From an uncultured Acidimicrobiaceae bacterium (GTDB taxonomy: Bacteria; Actinomycetota; Acidimicrobiia; Spongiisociales; UBA5794), in the NCBI GenBank assembly GCA_947258985.1, contig CAMYKI010000012.1:43392-107391 (forward strand): DNA of 64,000 nucleotides, in the 5' to 3' direction. The position numbers and the translations under genes are program-made. Below, piece by piece: positions 9,291 to 19,316 of this stretch (position 1 is the first letter of the stretch; every line of letters starts with the position of its first letter). Below the pieces are notes generated by a model, which was not told where the DNA came from, searched no databases, and saw only the letters and a program-made list of their open reading frames with translations.

Positions 9291-10088
9291 ATGCTTGCCG
9301 AGCAACGCCAGGGGCACATCCTCGAGTTGGTTCGAAGAGACGGGGCTGTACGCGTATCTGACCTCGTACGGGATCTTGGCGTTTCCGACATGACTATTCG
9401 CCGGGATCTCGGGGTCTTGGCGGCATCGGGACTTGTGCAGAAGGTCCATGGCGGGGCGACTCTGGTTGCCGACAGCGCTTCCTACGAGCCCAGCTTCACC
9501 GCAAAGTCCACGTTGGAGCAACAGGAGAAACGTACGATCGCCAGGGAGGCGGCGGAGCTGGTTGTACCGGGAACCGCCATCGCCATGAGCGCCGGCACCA
9601 CCACCCACGCTGTCGCCGGTGAACTGCTCGATGTTCCCGGCCTGACGGTGGTAACCAATTCGGTCCACATTGCCGACCTGCTTTATCAGCACGGCAGGAG
9701 CGATCAGACTGTTCTCTTGACCGGGGGGCTGCGCACCCCATCGGACGCCTATGTCGGCCCGCTGGCGGTGAACGCGCTGATCTCGATTCACGTCGACCTG
9801 GTCTTCATGGGTGTGCACGGAATGACCCTGGAGACCGGTTTCACCACGCCAAACATGCTGGAAGCAGAAACCGATCGGGCGCTGGTCGACGCCGGACGAC
9901 GCCTGGTGGTTTGCGCCGACCACACTAAGTGGGGTGTCGTTGGCATCAGTTCCTTTGCCCGGCTCGATGAGGCAGACATCCTGATCACCGATTCCGCGCT
10001 CGAGCCCGCCGCTGCAGCCGTGTTGGAGGAGACAGTCGGCGAGCTCGTGCTCACTGGTCACGATTCACAAGACAGGACGACCGTATGA
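9291..10088 (+). CDS. DeoR/GlpR family transcriptional regulator
   Basis: VSDMTIRRDL...KVHGGA HTH; sugar-phosphate-sensing C-terminal domain. Confidence 0.95.
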   Translation: MLAEQRQGHILELVRRDGAVRVSDLVRDLGVSDMTIRRDLGVLAASGLVQKVHGGATLVADSASYEPSFTAKSTLEQQEKRTIAREAAELVVPGTAIAMSAGTTTHAVAGELLDVPGLTVVTNSVHIADLLYQHGRSDQTVLLTGGLRTPSDAYVGPLAVNALISIHVDLVFMGVHGMTLETGFTTPNMLEAETDRALVDAGRRLVVCADHTKWGVVGISSFARLDEADILITDSALEPAAAAVLEETVGELVLTGHDSQDRTTV

Positions 10089-11173
10089 AAAAGACACCAA
10101 CAAAGATGGCCGACGGTCGCGAGCTCATCTACTACGACGAGGATGAGTCGGCGATTCGCGAAACCTCGGATCTGCGTGACCTTCCCGACCTCCAGGTCAC
10201 GTCGGAGGTCCGTCACGACCCGATTCTGGATGAGTGGGTCGTGGTTGCCTCCCACCGGCAGACGCGCACCTTCCTGCCTCCGACGAACCAGTGCCCACTC
10301 TGTGCCACCAACGCGGACAATGCGACCGAGATCCCGGCCGACGACTACGACGTCGTTGTGTTCGAGAACCGTTTCCCGAGCCTGGCCCTCAATGCGCTCG
10401 ACGTGGATCCCAAGGTCCCGGTCGATTCCGATCTTGTGGAGCGCCGCCCGGCTCGGGGCCGCTGCGAGGTGGTGGTCTTCACCAGCAACCATGACAGGTC
10501 CTTCTCCCAGCTCCCCGTCGAGCGGGTCCGGACTGTCCTGGACGTTTGGGCAGATCGCACCGCCGAACTGAGTGCGATGCCGGGAATCGAGCAGGTGTTC
10601 CCGTTCGAGAACTGTGGTGTGGAGATAGGTGTCACGCTGAGCCACCCCCACGGCCAGATCTACTCGTATCCGTTTGTGACGCCGAAGACCAACCGCATGC
10701 TGCGTAGCGCCAGGCGCCACATGGAGGAAACCGGTCGGAATCTCTTCGCCGACGTGCTTGCTGCGGAGCGTAGGCTGAAGGCGAGAGTGGTCGCAGAGAA
10801 CGACAACTGGACGGCGTTCGTGCCTTCGGCGGCGCGCTGGCCGATCGATCTCCACATCTACCCCCACCGCCGGATGGCCGATATGACGCAACTGACCGAA
10901 GCCGAGCGGGATGACTTCGCCGAGATGTACCTGGGGATTCTCCAGAAGCTCGACTCTCTCTACGGCAAGCCGCTTCCGTACATTGCGGGCTGGCACCAGG
11001 CTCCGGTCAATCGAGATCGAGATCTTGCGTACCTGCATCTGGAGTTGCTCTCGGTGCAACGATCCGCCGACAAGCTGAAGTACCTTGCCGGCTCCGAGTC
11101 TGGCATGGCAGTCTGGATCAACGACGCCACGCCAGAGCGGATCGCCGAGATGCTGCGTGAGGCGGGGACGTGA
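10085..11173 (+). CDS. galT: Galactose-1-phosphate uridylyltransferase
   Basis: CPLC, FENRFP, GVTLSHPHGQ (HxHxQ), KLKYLAGSE. Confidence 0.96.
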   Translation: MKKTPTKMADGRELIYYDEDESAIRETSDLRDLPDLQVTSEVRHDPILDEWVVVASHRQTRTFLPPTNQCPLCATNADNATEIPADDYDVVVFENRFPSLALNALDVDPKVPVDSDLVERRPARGRCEVVVFTSNHDRSFSQLPVERVRTVLDVWADRTAELSAMPGIEQVFPFENCGVEIGVTLSHPHGQIYSYPFVTPKTNRMLRSARRHMEETGRNLFADVLAAERRLKARVVAENDNWTAFVPSAARWPIDLHIYPHRRMADMTQLTEAERDDFAEMYLGILQKLDSLYGKPLPYIAGWHQAPVNRDRDLAYLHLELLSVQRSADKLKYLAGSESGMAVWINDATPERIAEMLREAGT

Positions 11174-12303
11174 ACGGTGCGGCCAGACTCTTTCGGTGGA
11201 TATACGAATCCGAGCCGGATGGTGTCTGGGCTGCACCCGGGAGAGTCAACCTGATCGGTGAGCACACCGACTACAACGATGGCCTCGTGCTTCCCTTCGC
11301 CCTGCAGGAACGCACCTTGGCAGCTATCAAGCAGCGAGACGATGGGCTCATCCGGATCTGCTCTTCACAGAATCCCAATGAAATCATCGGCATACCGACC
11401 AAGGAACTTGCTCCAGGCTGGCCCGCTGGATGGTCGGGCTACGTTGCGGGAGTCCCGTGGGCGTTGGAGACCGACATCGGGTTTGATGTCGCCATCGACA
11501 GCTCGGTACCGGTGGGATCTGGGCTTTCGTCTTCGGCCGCCCTGATTTGCGCCGTGGGTCTCGGACTGAACGAGCTCTTCGGTCTCGGCTTCAGCCGGCG
11601 TGAGCTGGCCCGTCGCACCCATTTGACTGAGAACGAGTACGTCGGTGCTCCCACCGGCGGTATGGATCAGATCGCATCGCTGTTGTGCATCGAAGGGCAT
11701 GCCATCTTGTACGACGTTCGGGCCGACTCAGTGGACCAAATCCATTTTGATCCGATCGGCGCCGGTTTCGAGGTTGTGGTCGTTGACACCATGGTGCGTC
11801 ACGGCCACGCCGGCGGCGAGTATGCCGCTCGCCGTGAGGACTGTGAGCTTTCCGCGGCGAAGCTGGGTGTCGCCACCTTGCGCGACGTGGCGTATGCCGA
11901 TCTCGACTCGGCCTTGGACAAGCTCGGAGATGAGCAATTGATCAAGCGGACCCGGCATGTCGTGACAGAGAACCAGCGGGTGCTGGACACTGCTGCCGCT
12001 CTCGATGCCGACGACTGGCCGGCAGTAGGTGAGTTGCTGACGGCGGCACACACCTCGATACGCGATGATTTCGAAGCCAGTTGCGTAGAACTCGACATCG
12101 CCGTCGACATGCTGCTCGACTCCGGCGCCCTCGGGGCGAGAATGACGGGCGGCGGATTTGGAGGCGCCGCTATTGCTCTCGTAGCCACCGAAAAGTCCGA
12201 GTCGGCCCGCCGCACTGTGCGGTCGGTGTTTGCCGACAACGGCTTCGTTCCACCTCACATTTTCACGGTTGTGCCTTCGGCCGGGGCAACCCGGATCGCC
12301 TGA
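11170..12303 (+). CDS. galK: Galactokinase
   Basis: APGRVNLIGEHTDYN, PVGSGLSSSAA, GARMTGGGFGG. Confidence 0.97.
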   Translation: MNGAARLFRWIYESEPDGVWAAPGRVNLIGEHTDYNDGLVLPFALQERTLAAIKQRDDGLIRICSSQNPNEIIGIPTKELAPGWPAGWSGYVAGVPWALETDIGFDVAIDSSVPVGSGLSSSAALICAVGLGLNELFGLGFSRRELARRTHLTENEYVGAPTGGMDQIASLLCIEGHAILYDVRADSVDQIHFDPIGAGFEVVVVDTMVRHGHAGGEYAARREDCELSAAKLGVATLRDVAYADLDSALDKLGDEQLIKRTRHVVTENQRVLDTAAALDADDWPAVGELLTAAHTSIRDDFEASCVELDIAVDMLLDSGALGARMTGGGFGGAAIALVATEKSESARRTVRSVFADNGFVPPHIFTVVPSAGATRIA

Positions 12304-12320
12304 AATCGCAAGGAGCGGCA

Positions 12321-13847
12321 ATGGACAGTAAGCGGTTCTCGCTTTATGGGAACACGATCACGCCTGCGCAGGATCGCAAGGCGTTGAAGTGGCAGGACAT
12401 GTTCGTCAAGCAGTTTGGGTTTGACCCCGACGAACACTACGAGCTCAGTGTTCACGACAACTCCTACCTGGGTGATGTGCTCGGGATACGTGATATCAGG
12501 CGTGACGGCAGTGGGGACCCGATCGATCCCGAGACCGGGGTGATCATCTCGACGATCAGGATGGGTTTTGGCCACTACCGCATCGCCATGGCAGGCGCTT
12601 CGGCTGCACGGGCGATGGGGTTCACACCTCTATGGCTGGACCTGCTCGGAATCCCGGGCGTCCCTTCTGACGTGATCAACTGGTGGAACACCAACTACAG
12701 CAAGTACTCCCGGGTATCGCAGCGGTCGAAGCTGTTCAACAAGTACGTGTGGGAATCGGTGACTTCCGGTGATCGCACCCTTCCCGGACTCAACTGGGCG
12801 CTCAACAACTATGCGATCGGGTGGCCTTGGCGTTTCCTCAAAGCCAACGCTCGTGACTATCGCAAGAGTGAGCTGTTCGCACCGCTGCACAAGGCCCTCC
12901 CATCCGAGATGCCGATCCTGACCGCACATATGTGGAACTGCATGGGGGCGGTGTCGGGCGGGATGACCAATGTCGTAGACATGATGTTCGACAACTGGCC
13001 GATGGCGTTCCAGTTGACGGAAGGCGCCACCCATGCCGTGCAGTCACCCTCGGGGTACTACGGCTTCCGCATCATGAACCAGTTTGATGAGAAGGATCGG
13101 CTGCTCAACCCGACGCCGGCGGATGCGATCGAATTTGTCGGCCACCACGTTGACCACGAGCTGGTGGAGAACATCGAAGTGGATTGTGAGGCCCGGATGA
13201 GCCGCATGAGCGATGGTGAGCCGCGACGCTTCCTCCTCACGATGGGCGGCGCCGGAGCGCAGCGGGAGCTCTTCAAGGCCATCGTCGATCACTGTCTGCC
13301 CATGATCGAGCGAGGCGAACTGACGCTGTTCGTCAACCTGGGCGATCACGCCGACAACTGGGATTGGCTCGAAGGCGAGCTGGGGACGACTCCGGTCACG
13401 ACACATTTCGATTGGGAGGAAACCAGGACTTTTGCTGATGGGATCAGGGACGGTTCGACCAGCGGGTTGCATGTGTTCTTGTACGACAACACCTTTCACG
13501 GCGTTTACGCCAGCAACTATCTGATGCGCGTATCGGATGTCTTGATCACGAAACCATCGGAGCTGGCGTTCTACCCGATTCCCAAAATCTTCAACGAGCG
13601 AGTGGGTGCCCATGAGGCATGGGGGGCAATCCGCAGCGCGGAACTGGGCGATGGGACCATCGAGACCCGCACCATCCCGCGCACCTTGCAGGCGATCGAT
13701 CTGATGACCAAGGAGCAGGATCTGATGACGATGTTCTGCGACATGATCGTCAAGAACAAGGGCATTGGGATCTACGACGGCGCCTACAAGTGCGTTGAGC
13801 TGGCGACCGGGAAGAGGTTCGCCCGGGAGGAACTGGTCAGCTCTTAG
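12321..13847 (+). CDS. Uncharacterised GT-B-fold (GT28/MGDG-synthase-like) protein
   Basis: ATG at 12321 after AAGGAG; motifs TIRMGFGHYRIA, LLTMGGAGAQ, SDVLITKPSEL resemble GT28 glycine loops. Confidence 0.6.
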   Translation: MDSKRFSLYGNTITPAQDRKALKWQDMFVKQFGFDPDEHYELSVHDNSYLGDVLGIRDIRRDGSGDPIDPETGVIISTIRMGFGHYRIAMAGASAARAMGFTPLWLDLLGIPGVPSDVINWWNTNYSKYSRVSQRSKLFNKYVWESVTSGDRTLPGLNWALNNYAIGWPWRFLKANARDYRKSELFAPLHKALPSEMPILTAHMWNCMGAVSGGMTNVVDMMFDNWPMAFQLTEGATHAVQSPSGYYGFRIMNQFDEKDRLLNPTPADAIEFVGHHVDHELVENIEVDCEARMSRMSDGEPRRFLLTMGGAGAQRELFKAIVDHCLPMIERGELTLFVNLGDHADNWDWLEGELGTTPVTTHFDWEETRTFADGIRDGSTSGLHVFLYDNTFHGVYASNYLMRVSDVLITKPSELAFYPIPKIFNERVGAHEAWGAIRSAELGDGTIETRTIPRTLQAIDLMTKEQDLMTMFCDMIVKNKGIGIYDGAYKCVELATGKRFAREELVSS

Positions 13848-16800
13848 TGGGGAGTTCCAAGCCGACGTATTTGGCGGCGTAGGCGACAATCCGCTCGAAC
13901 GACATTGTCGATCCCTCGTTGCGCGCCCGGTCGAACCGATCGCCCAAGACCGCACGCATGACCCCGGTCCGCTTCTCGAGCTGTTGTCGCTGCCACACCA
14001 TCGTGACGATGCCGCATTGTTCATATCCAGCGAGCGCCGCGGAATACAGGAGGGCCGCAGCCTCGTAGTCCGTCATCGAAAACGCGGCGTCGGCAACGAT
14101 GTAGACCACTTCGGCTGTGTCGGCAAGAGACTCATATCCGATGCTCATCTCCATCGACCGGCGGAGGAACGCCAGTGCCGTATTGATGTCACCCACGGCG
14201 ATGCTGTACATCGCCTGCATCGTCGCCACGTCTCTCCTCAGACCCGGCGAACCGGTCGCGTCGACACACCTGTCGATCTCTGCAAGGGCGAGCAGCGCCC
14301 TCTCCGGTTCGCCCTTGGCAATCGCGGTCAGGAATCTAACAAGGTGATACATGAACAGCTCACTGGCGCCGAACTGGATGACGTACTGGTCTTCGTTGGC
14401 GAGCATCCGCTCCGCTTCGGCGAGATTTCCGGCGCATTGCTCGATCCACGCCCCGTACAAGTTGGCCGTGTAGTCGACAAAGCGATGGTCGGCCTTCGGA
14501 TCTTGCCCTGCAAGCTCCCTCATTCGCTCGAGAACGCCGCGGGCCGTCGAGAAGCTCCCGGACCGAGCCAGCTGGAATGCGTAGAGGCCGAGCACATCTG
14601 TTGCCCGAGGATCGGCGGAGGAAACCAGGAGCTCACAGGACTCTTCGAAAAGGGGGAGCGCGCTCGACATATTGCCGGCCCGGACGGCGGCCATAGCTTC
14701 GTAGCCTCGTGCAACTCCCATGGTCCCGAAGTCCTCCGCTTCGGCGGCCTCCTCGAACAGAGACCCGGCCATATCGCGAGCTGCCGCATAGTCACCAAAC
14801 ATCATGAGATCACCAACCTGCATCCAGCGCAGTAGTCGGCGCCGATGCGATCGTTCGCCATCGAGTTCGTCGAGGGCTCGTGCAACAGTCGAACCGGCCT
14901 CCACGTTCAGGTTTGACGCGTTTAGGTAGCCGCGGAACTCGATTGTGGTGTCAGCGCAGACGTCAGCATCGTGCGCCTCGCGCGACCACTCCAGGACGGC
15001 CCGAAAGGTGGCTTGTTCGTTGTGGCGCCACTGGTACCAGGCTTGATAGTCGGCGCGTGGATAGCCGTCTTCCGACTCAGGTCCATGTGCGTTCAGAAAC
15101 GTGGCCAGCCGTCTCATCGTTGAAGTCATCTCGCCGCTGTTGTCGAGGTGAGTCTCCGCGTAAGACCGAATCGTCTCCAACATGCGGAATCGATCGCTCG
15201 ACGGTTCGGGTAGTTCAATCAGCGAAGCATCAACGAGCTGATCCAGGCAGGACGTGACATGCTCGGGTTTGAGCGGCTCGAACCCGCAGACATGGCGGGC
15301 TCCAGCCACGGTGAAGCTTCCAGCAAACGCAGCAAGGCGTCTGAATACCGCGCGCTCTTCACCTGTGAGAAGGTCGTGGCTCCAGTCCACCATGGCGCGC
15401 AACGTCTGATGACGGCGGGGGGCTGTGCGTGCCCCTCGGGTGAGCAGCTCGTATCGGTCGCCTATGCCGTCGGCGATCCGGTCAAGGGCCATCGTGCTCA
15501 TGCGGGCAGCCGCCAGCTCAATTGCGAGGGGTATGCCGTCGAGCTGTCTGCAGATGGTTGCGATGTGTTCGCTGTTGGCATCGGCCAGCCCGAATTGCGG
15601 ATTCAGCAGCCTGGCTCGATCGACAAACAAGCGCACTGCCTCGGAGGCTGCAAACTCCCCATGGTCGGGAAGGGTCAGCGGGGGTACACGCATCAGAGCC
15701 TCGCCCGCAACGCCAAGCGGTTCCCGGCTTGTTGCCAGGATGCTGACATCCGGAGCAGCCAGCAGAATCGACTGGGCAAACTCAGCCGCACCGTCGATGA
15801 GGTGCTCACAGTTGTCGAGCACCATCAGCACCATCTGATCTCGCAGGCAGCCGGCAACTGCCTCGAGTGGGTCCTGACGCGGGCTCATGCTTGCGCCGAT
15901 GACTCCGGCCGCGGTGCCGGGGATGAGAGTCCCTTCGGCCAGCGGTGCCAGGTCGAGCCACCAGATACCGTCCGGGAACACATCCGCCAGCTCCGTAGCC
16001 ACGCGTATTCCGAGACTCGTCTTCCCGATGCCGCCTGTACCGGTCAGCGTCACGAGACGGTGCCCCGAGAGTCGGTGTGCCACAGCGTCGATTTCCGTCT
16101 CGCGCCCCACAAAGGACGACAGACGTTGCGGCAGATTGCTTGGTGTTCGGGCGGCACGTGTTGGCTTGCCGACGCCGGGATCCTCGGTGAGGATCTTGGC
16201 TTCGAGAGCGGTCAGCATGGCGCTCGGTTCGAGCCCGGTTTCCTCTCCAATCTGGCGCCGGTATTCCTCGAAACAATGCAACGCCTCGGGCTGACGGTCA
16301 CACCGGTAGAGCGCCAGCATTAGTTGACCGAGGAGGCGCTCCCGCTGCGGATGTTGTGCCACCAGTGACTCCAGCTCGGCCGTCACCTCACAGTGCCTTC
16401 CCAGCTCGAGTTCGCAGTCGATACGGTCTTCCGTTGCTGCCAGTCGCGCTTCTTCGAGATGAACCCGTTCTGCGGTGACGGCGGGACCGTCCCCGGCGCC
16501 CGACAACGCCGTGCCCCGCCACATGGCTATAGCTTCCCGCAGCAGCGCCGCCGAGTGGCCATGGTTGTCCGTTGCCTGCGCCCGGTGAACCAGTGCTCGA
16601 AATCGGTCCCAGTCGAGTTCGTCCTTGTCGACACGAAGGACGTAACCGCCGGGTTGTGTGGTCAGTCGGGTTTCGTCCTCCAGCGCCCTCCGGAGGCGTG
16701 AGATGTACTGCTGGACGATGTTCTTTGCCGACGAGGGTGGATCGTCACCCCACAATTCGTCGATGAGCCGCCCCATGGACACCGGCTCGTTGGCCAGACA

Positions 16801-16899
16801 AAGCAACACCGCGAAGAGATGACGTTCCGCCGGTCCCCCCAGCGGTAGCTCCCGGCCCCCGTGCTCCACTTGGAGCGGTCCCAGAATCCGGAACTCCAT
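13837..16899 (-). CDS. AfsR/SARP-family regulator (wHTH-BTAD-NB-ARC-TPR)
   Basis: MEFRILGPL start, BTAD (RERLLGQLMLALYRCDRQPEAL), P-loop GTGGIGKT, VLDNCEHL, LDGIPLAIELAA. Confidence 0.92.
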   Translation of the reverse strand: MEFRILGPLQVEHGGRELPLGGPAERHLFAVLLCLANEPVSMGRLIDELWGDDPPSSAKNIVQQYISRLRRALEDETRLTTQPGGYVLRVDKDELDWDRFRALVHRAQATDNHGHSAALLREAIAMWRGTALSGAGDGPAVTAERVHLEEARLAATEDRIDCELELGRHCEVTAELESLVAQHPQRERLLGQLMLALYRCDRQPEALHCFEEYRRQIGEETGLEPSAMLTALEAKILTEDPGVGKPTRAARTPSNLPQRLSSFVGRETEIDAVAHRLSGHRLVTLTGTGGIGKTSLGIRVATELADVFPDGIWWLDLAPLAEGTLIPGTAAGVIGASMSPRQDPLEAVAGCLRDQMVLMVLDNCEHLIDGAAEFAQSILLAAPDVSILATSREPLGVAGEALMRVPPLTLPDHGEFAASEAVRLFVDRARLLNPQFGLADANSEHIATICRQLDGIPLAIELAAARMSTMALDRIADGIGDRYELLTRGARTAPRRHQTLRAMVDWSHDLLTGEERAVFRRLAAFAGSFTVAGARHVCGFEPLKPEHVTSCLDQLVDASLIELPEPSSDRFRMLETIRSYAETHLDNSGEMTSTMRRLATFLNAHGPESEDGYPRADYQAWYQWRHNEQATFRAVLEWSREAHDADVCADTTIEFRGYLNASNLNVEAGSTVARALDELDGERSHRRRLLRWMQVGDLMMFGDYAAARDMAGSLFEEAAEAEDFGTMGVARGYEAMAAVRAGNMSSALPLFEESCELLVSSADPRATDVLGLYAFQLARSGSFSTARGVLERMRELAGQDPKADHRFVDYTANLYGAWIEQCAGNLAEAERMLANEDQYVIQFGASELFMYHLVRFLTAIAKGEPERALLALAEIDRCVDATGSPGLRRDVATMQAMYSIAVGDINTALAFLRRSMEMSIGYESLADTAEVVYIVADAAFSMTDYEAAALLYSAALAGYEQCGIVTMVWQRQQLEKRTGVMRAVLGDRFDRARNEGSTMSFERIVAYAAKYVGLELPTKS

Positions 16900-17011
16900 A
16901 CACAGATCGTACGCGGTATCCCCGGCTGCGGGAACCCGCAGATTGAGGCCGTTCAGCGTTCCTAAAGCGGCCGCCACCATCCTGAAGAAACCGATCGGAA
17001 AGGAGGACGAA

Positions 17012-17503
17012 ATGTCGAAGAATCAGACAACCGAAAAAGCTGGAACCGTGGTTGTCGTCTGTGAGAGCCAGCGGGGTCGTGCGGCTGCAGTCACCGAGGC
17101 GGCGCGGGATGCGATCAGGGAGCGGGGCTACGACGCCACGGTCGGTGTCATCGACGATCTGGCGTCGTCGACTATTGCATCGGCCGATGCCCTGATCGCG
17201 GGATGCTGGATGCCCGGCAAGGCGCCGTTCGGGGACGAGCCGATGCAGCGCATGGTGAGGTGGATCGACTCGCTGGAGCCGTTGGACGGAAAGCCGATCG
17301 GCGTATTCTGCACGTATCGGTTCTTCCCGCACACGTTTGCGGACACGGCAACACGGACGGCCGAGACCGAATATCTGCTGCAGGCCAAGTTCGAAGAGAA
17401 GGGCGGCAAGGTCGCCTCGAAGCGGGCGATCCACGTCAACTCCATCGAGGAAGACACCGCTGCACTTGTCGACACCGTGATGGAACACATACCGGCGGCA
17501 TGA
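17012..17503 (+). CDS. Flavodoxin-like protein
   Basis: AAGGAGG RBS; ESQRGRAAAV degenerate FMN loop, ADALIAG, LDGKPIGVFCTY. Confidence 0.6.
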   Translation: MSKNQTTEKAGTVVVVCESQRGRAAAVTEAARDAIRERGYDATVGVIDDLASSTIASADALIAGCWMPGKAPFGDEPMQRMVRWIDSLEPLDGKPIGVFCTYRFFPHTFADTATRTAETEYLLQAKFEEKGGKVASKRAIHVNSIEEDTAALVDTVMEHIPAA

Positions 17504-17504
17504 C

Positions 17505-18101
17505 ATGTTTCGCCTGAGACGCTGCAGCGTGTTGGTCGGCGTGATTGCGCTGGCGGGATCGAGTTGCGGCGGTGATGGATCGGCGACGCCCGCCGAACCG
17601 GTGGTAGGCGGTGACTTGGTTCTGGTGATGCAGCCGGGGGAAGGCAGCGCCACCAATACAGGCCGGTACTTCGTGGAGTTGTTTGATTGGGAGGGCAACT
17701 GGGGTGTGAAGGAGGGGACCGCGAATCACGTCGGTTGGATCGAGGCCAGGTACGGTCCGAGACACGTCGTGACGTTCACAGCGGCTCGTGATAACCCGCG
17801 AGGCGGCGAGCCGGAGTTCTGTTTCATTGTCTTTCCCGGTGGCGGCGGATGCGGGCTCGATCCCACCGAGGCGGCCATCTACGGGTGGGGCGAGGATTCG
17901 GCGGAACTCTTCGCTGGGTCTACTGGTGCCGAAGCTGTAATCACCACCGAGGCCGGAAGAACGGTTTCGATCTTGACCGTCGAAGGCTACGCCGTTGCCG
18001 AATGGCCGGGTGACTGGGGTGGACCGGAGTCCGTCAGCTATTACGCCGCCGATGGAGAGCTTTTGACGACTCTCGAGTTTCAGCCCGACCTTGGGGAGTA
18101 G
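17505..18101 (+). CDS. Hypothetical lipoprotein
   Basis: Hydrophobic signal ending LAGSSC; operon-like spacing. Confidence 0.55.
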   Translation: MFRLRRCSVLVGVIALAGSSCGGDGSATPAEPVVGGDLVLVMQPGEGSATNTGRYFVELFDWEGNWGVKEGTANHVGWIEARYGPRHVVTFTAARDNPRGGEPEFCFIVFPGGGGCGLDPTEAAIYGWGEDSAELFAGSTGAEAVITTEAGRTVSILTVEGYAVAEWPGDWGGPESVSYYAADGELLTTLEFQPDLGE

Positions 18102-18105
18102 AGAG

Positions 18106-18666
18106 ATGCGGGTCTTGCTGGTCGCCGTGGTTCTGGTAGTAGGCGCTTGCAGCGACGCAGGCAGTTCCGATGATGCGGCTCATCTTACGGACGGCGCGGT
18201 CGTGACGCTCACCTTCGACGGGACGGGTTGCCACTACGACGGCCCGGAAAAGGTGCCGGAGGGCACCGTCGACTTACGATTCTCCAACACATCGGACCAG
18301 CCCTTTGCCGTAGCTGCGATGTCGGTCAATGAATATGCGCTCGCGGACTTCTTGCGTGAAGGGCAGGTTGGAACCGATTGGGACATACCCACGGGCCATC
18401 CCCGCTCCGGCGGCCTCGAGTGGCACAACCGGTGGCCCCTCGTACCCGTAGGAGAGTCTCATGAGTTCAGCTGGCTGCTGCCGGCGGGGACGTACTACTT
18501 CGACTGTGTACTCAACCTCGACCAGGTGTGGCGGGTAGCGCAGCTCGAAGTGGAGGCCGTAGCGAGCGGGGCGACGGGTGTCACCACCCCGCCGACCCAC
18601 AACGCGGGTGGTGGTCTGCTGCTCGCCATGGAACGGGCTCAGGACCCGGTGTCGAAGCTGAGATGA
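18106..18666 (+). CDS. Hypothetical lipoprotein, possible cupredoxin-like beta fold
   Basis: VVGAC lipobox; GPEKVPEGTVDLRFSN and LPAGTYYFDC patterns. Confidence 0.55.
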   Translation: MRVLLVAVVLVVGACSDAGSSDDAAHLTDGAVVTLTFDGTGCHYDGPEKVPEGTVDLRFSNTSDQPFAVAAMSVNEYALADFLREGQVGTDWDIPTGHPRSGGLEWHNRWPLVPVGESHEFSWLLPAGTYYFDCVLNLDQVWRVAQLEVEAVASGATGVTTPPTHNAGGGLLLAMERAQDPVSKLR

Positions 18667-18791
18667 TGCTGGGGCCGACGGCCAACCGTGCAGCCTTGCG
18701 ACGGTTCTCGAGCCAATCGCTTGACCTCGGAACGCCCCCCGTCGTGGCTGAGCCTGCCGGTATCGTTGAGGCAGTCGGGTGAGGAGAGTCA

Positions 18792-19271
18792 ATGCGAGTG
18801 CTGGTGGCTTATGGGTCGAAGATGGGCGGTACCCGGGGTGTGGCAGAGATGCTCGGTGCCGACCTGGCTGACCTGGGCTACGAGGTTGACGTCCGTCCCG
18901 CCAAGGAAACTACCGATATTGAGCCGTACGAGGCCGTCATCGTCGGCGGTGCCCTCTACTACTTCGTGTCCTGGCACAAGGACGCCCGAGCCTTCCTGAA
19001 ACGGCATCGGGCCGCTCTCCGGCAACGCCCGGTGTGGCTGTTCAGCAGCGGGCCGCTCGACGAGTCGGCTACGCAGAAAGAGATCCCGCCGGTCCGTTCG
19101 GTGCGCAAGGAGATCGACCATGTAGGTGCACGTGGTCACGTCACCTTCGGGGGCCGTCTCGAGGAAAAGAGTGGGAGCCTCCCCCTTGGCGACTGGCGGG
19201 ATCCCGAGCATGTTCGCCGGTGGGCGGAAGCCATCGCAGGGGAGCTGGCCGCCTCTGGATCGGTTGACTGA
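18792..19271 (+). CDS. Flavodoxin-domain protein (HemG-like)
   Basis: AYGSKMGGTRGVAE, AVIVGGALY, PVWLFSSGPL, GDWRD. Confidence 0.88.
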   Translation: MRVLVAYGSKMGGTRGVAEMLGADLADLGYEVDVRPAKETTDIEPYEAVIVGGALYYFVSWHKDARAFLKRHRAALRQRPVWLFSSGPLDESATQKEIPPVRSVRKEIDHVGARGHVTFGGRLEEKSGSLPLGDWRDPEHVRRWAEAIAGELAASGSVD

Positions 19272-19316
19272 CCAACCGGTGTGGAGCCTCGGTACCCGTC
19301 GCCTACAGTTGCTCCC

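Noticed and set aside
18664-18790. Sec read-through at the TGA ending the second lipoprotein
   Set aside because: No Cys-motif context and no convincing downstream domain or SECIS
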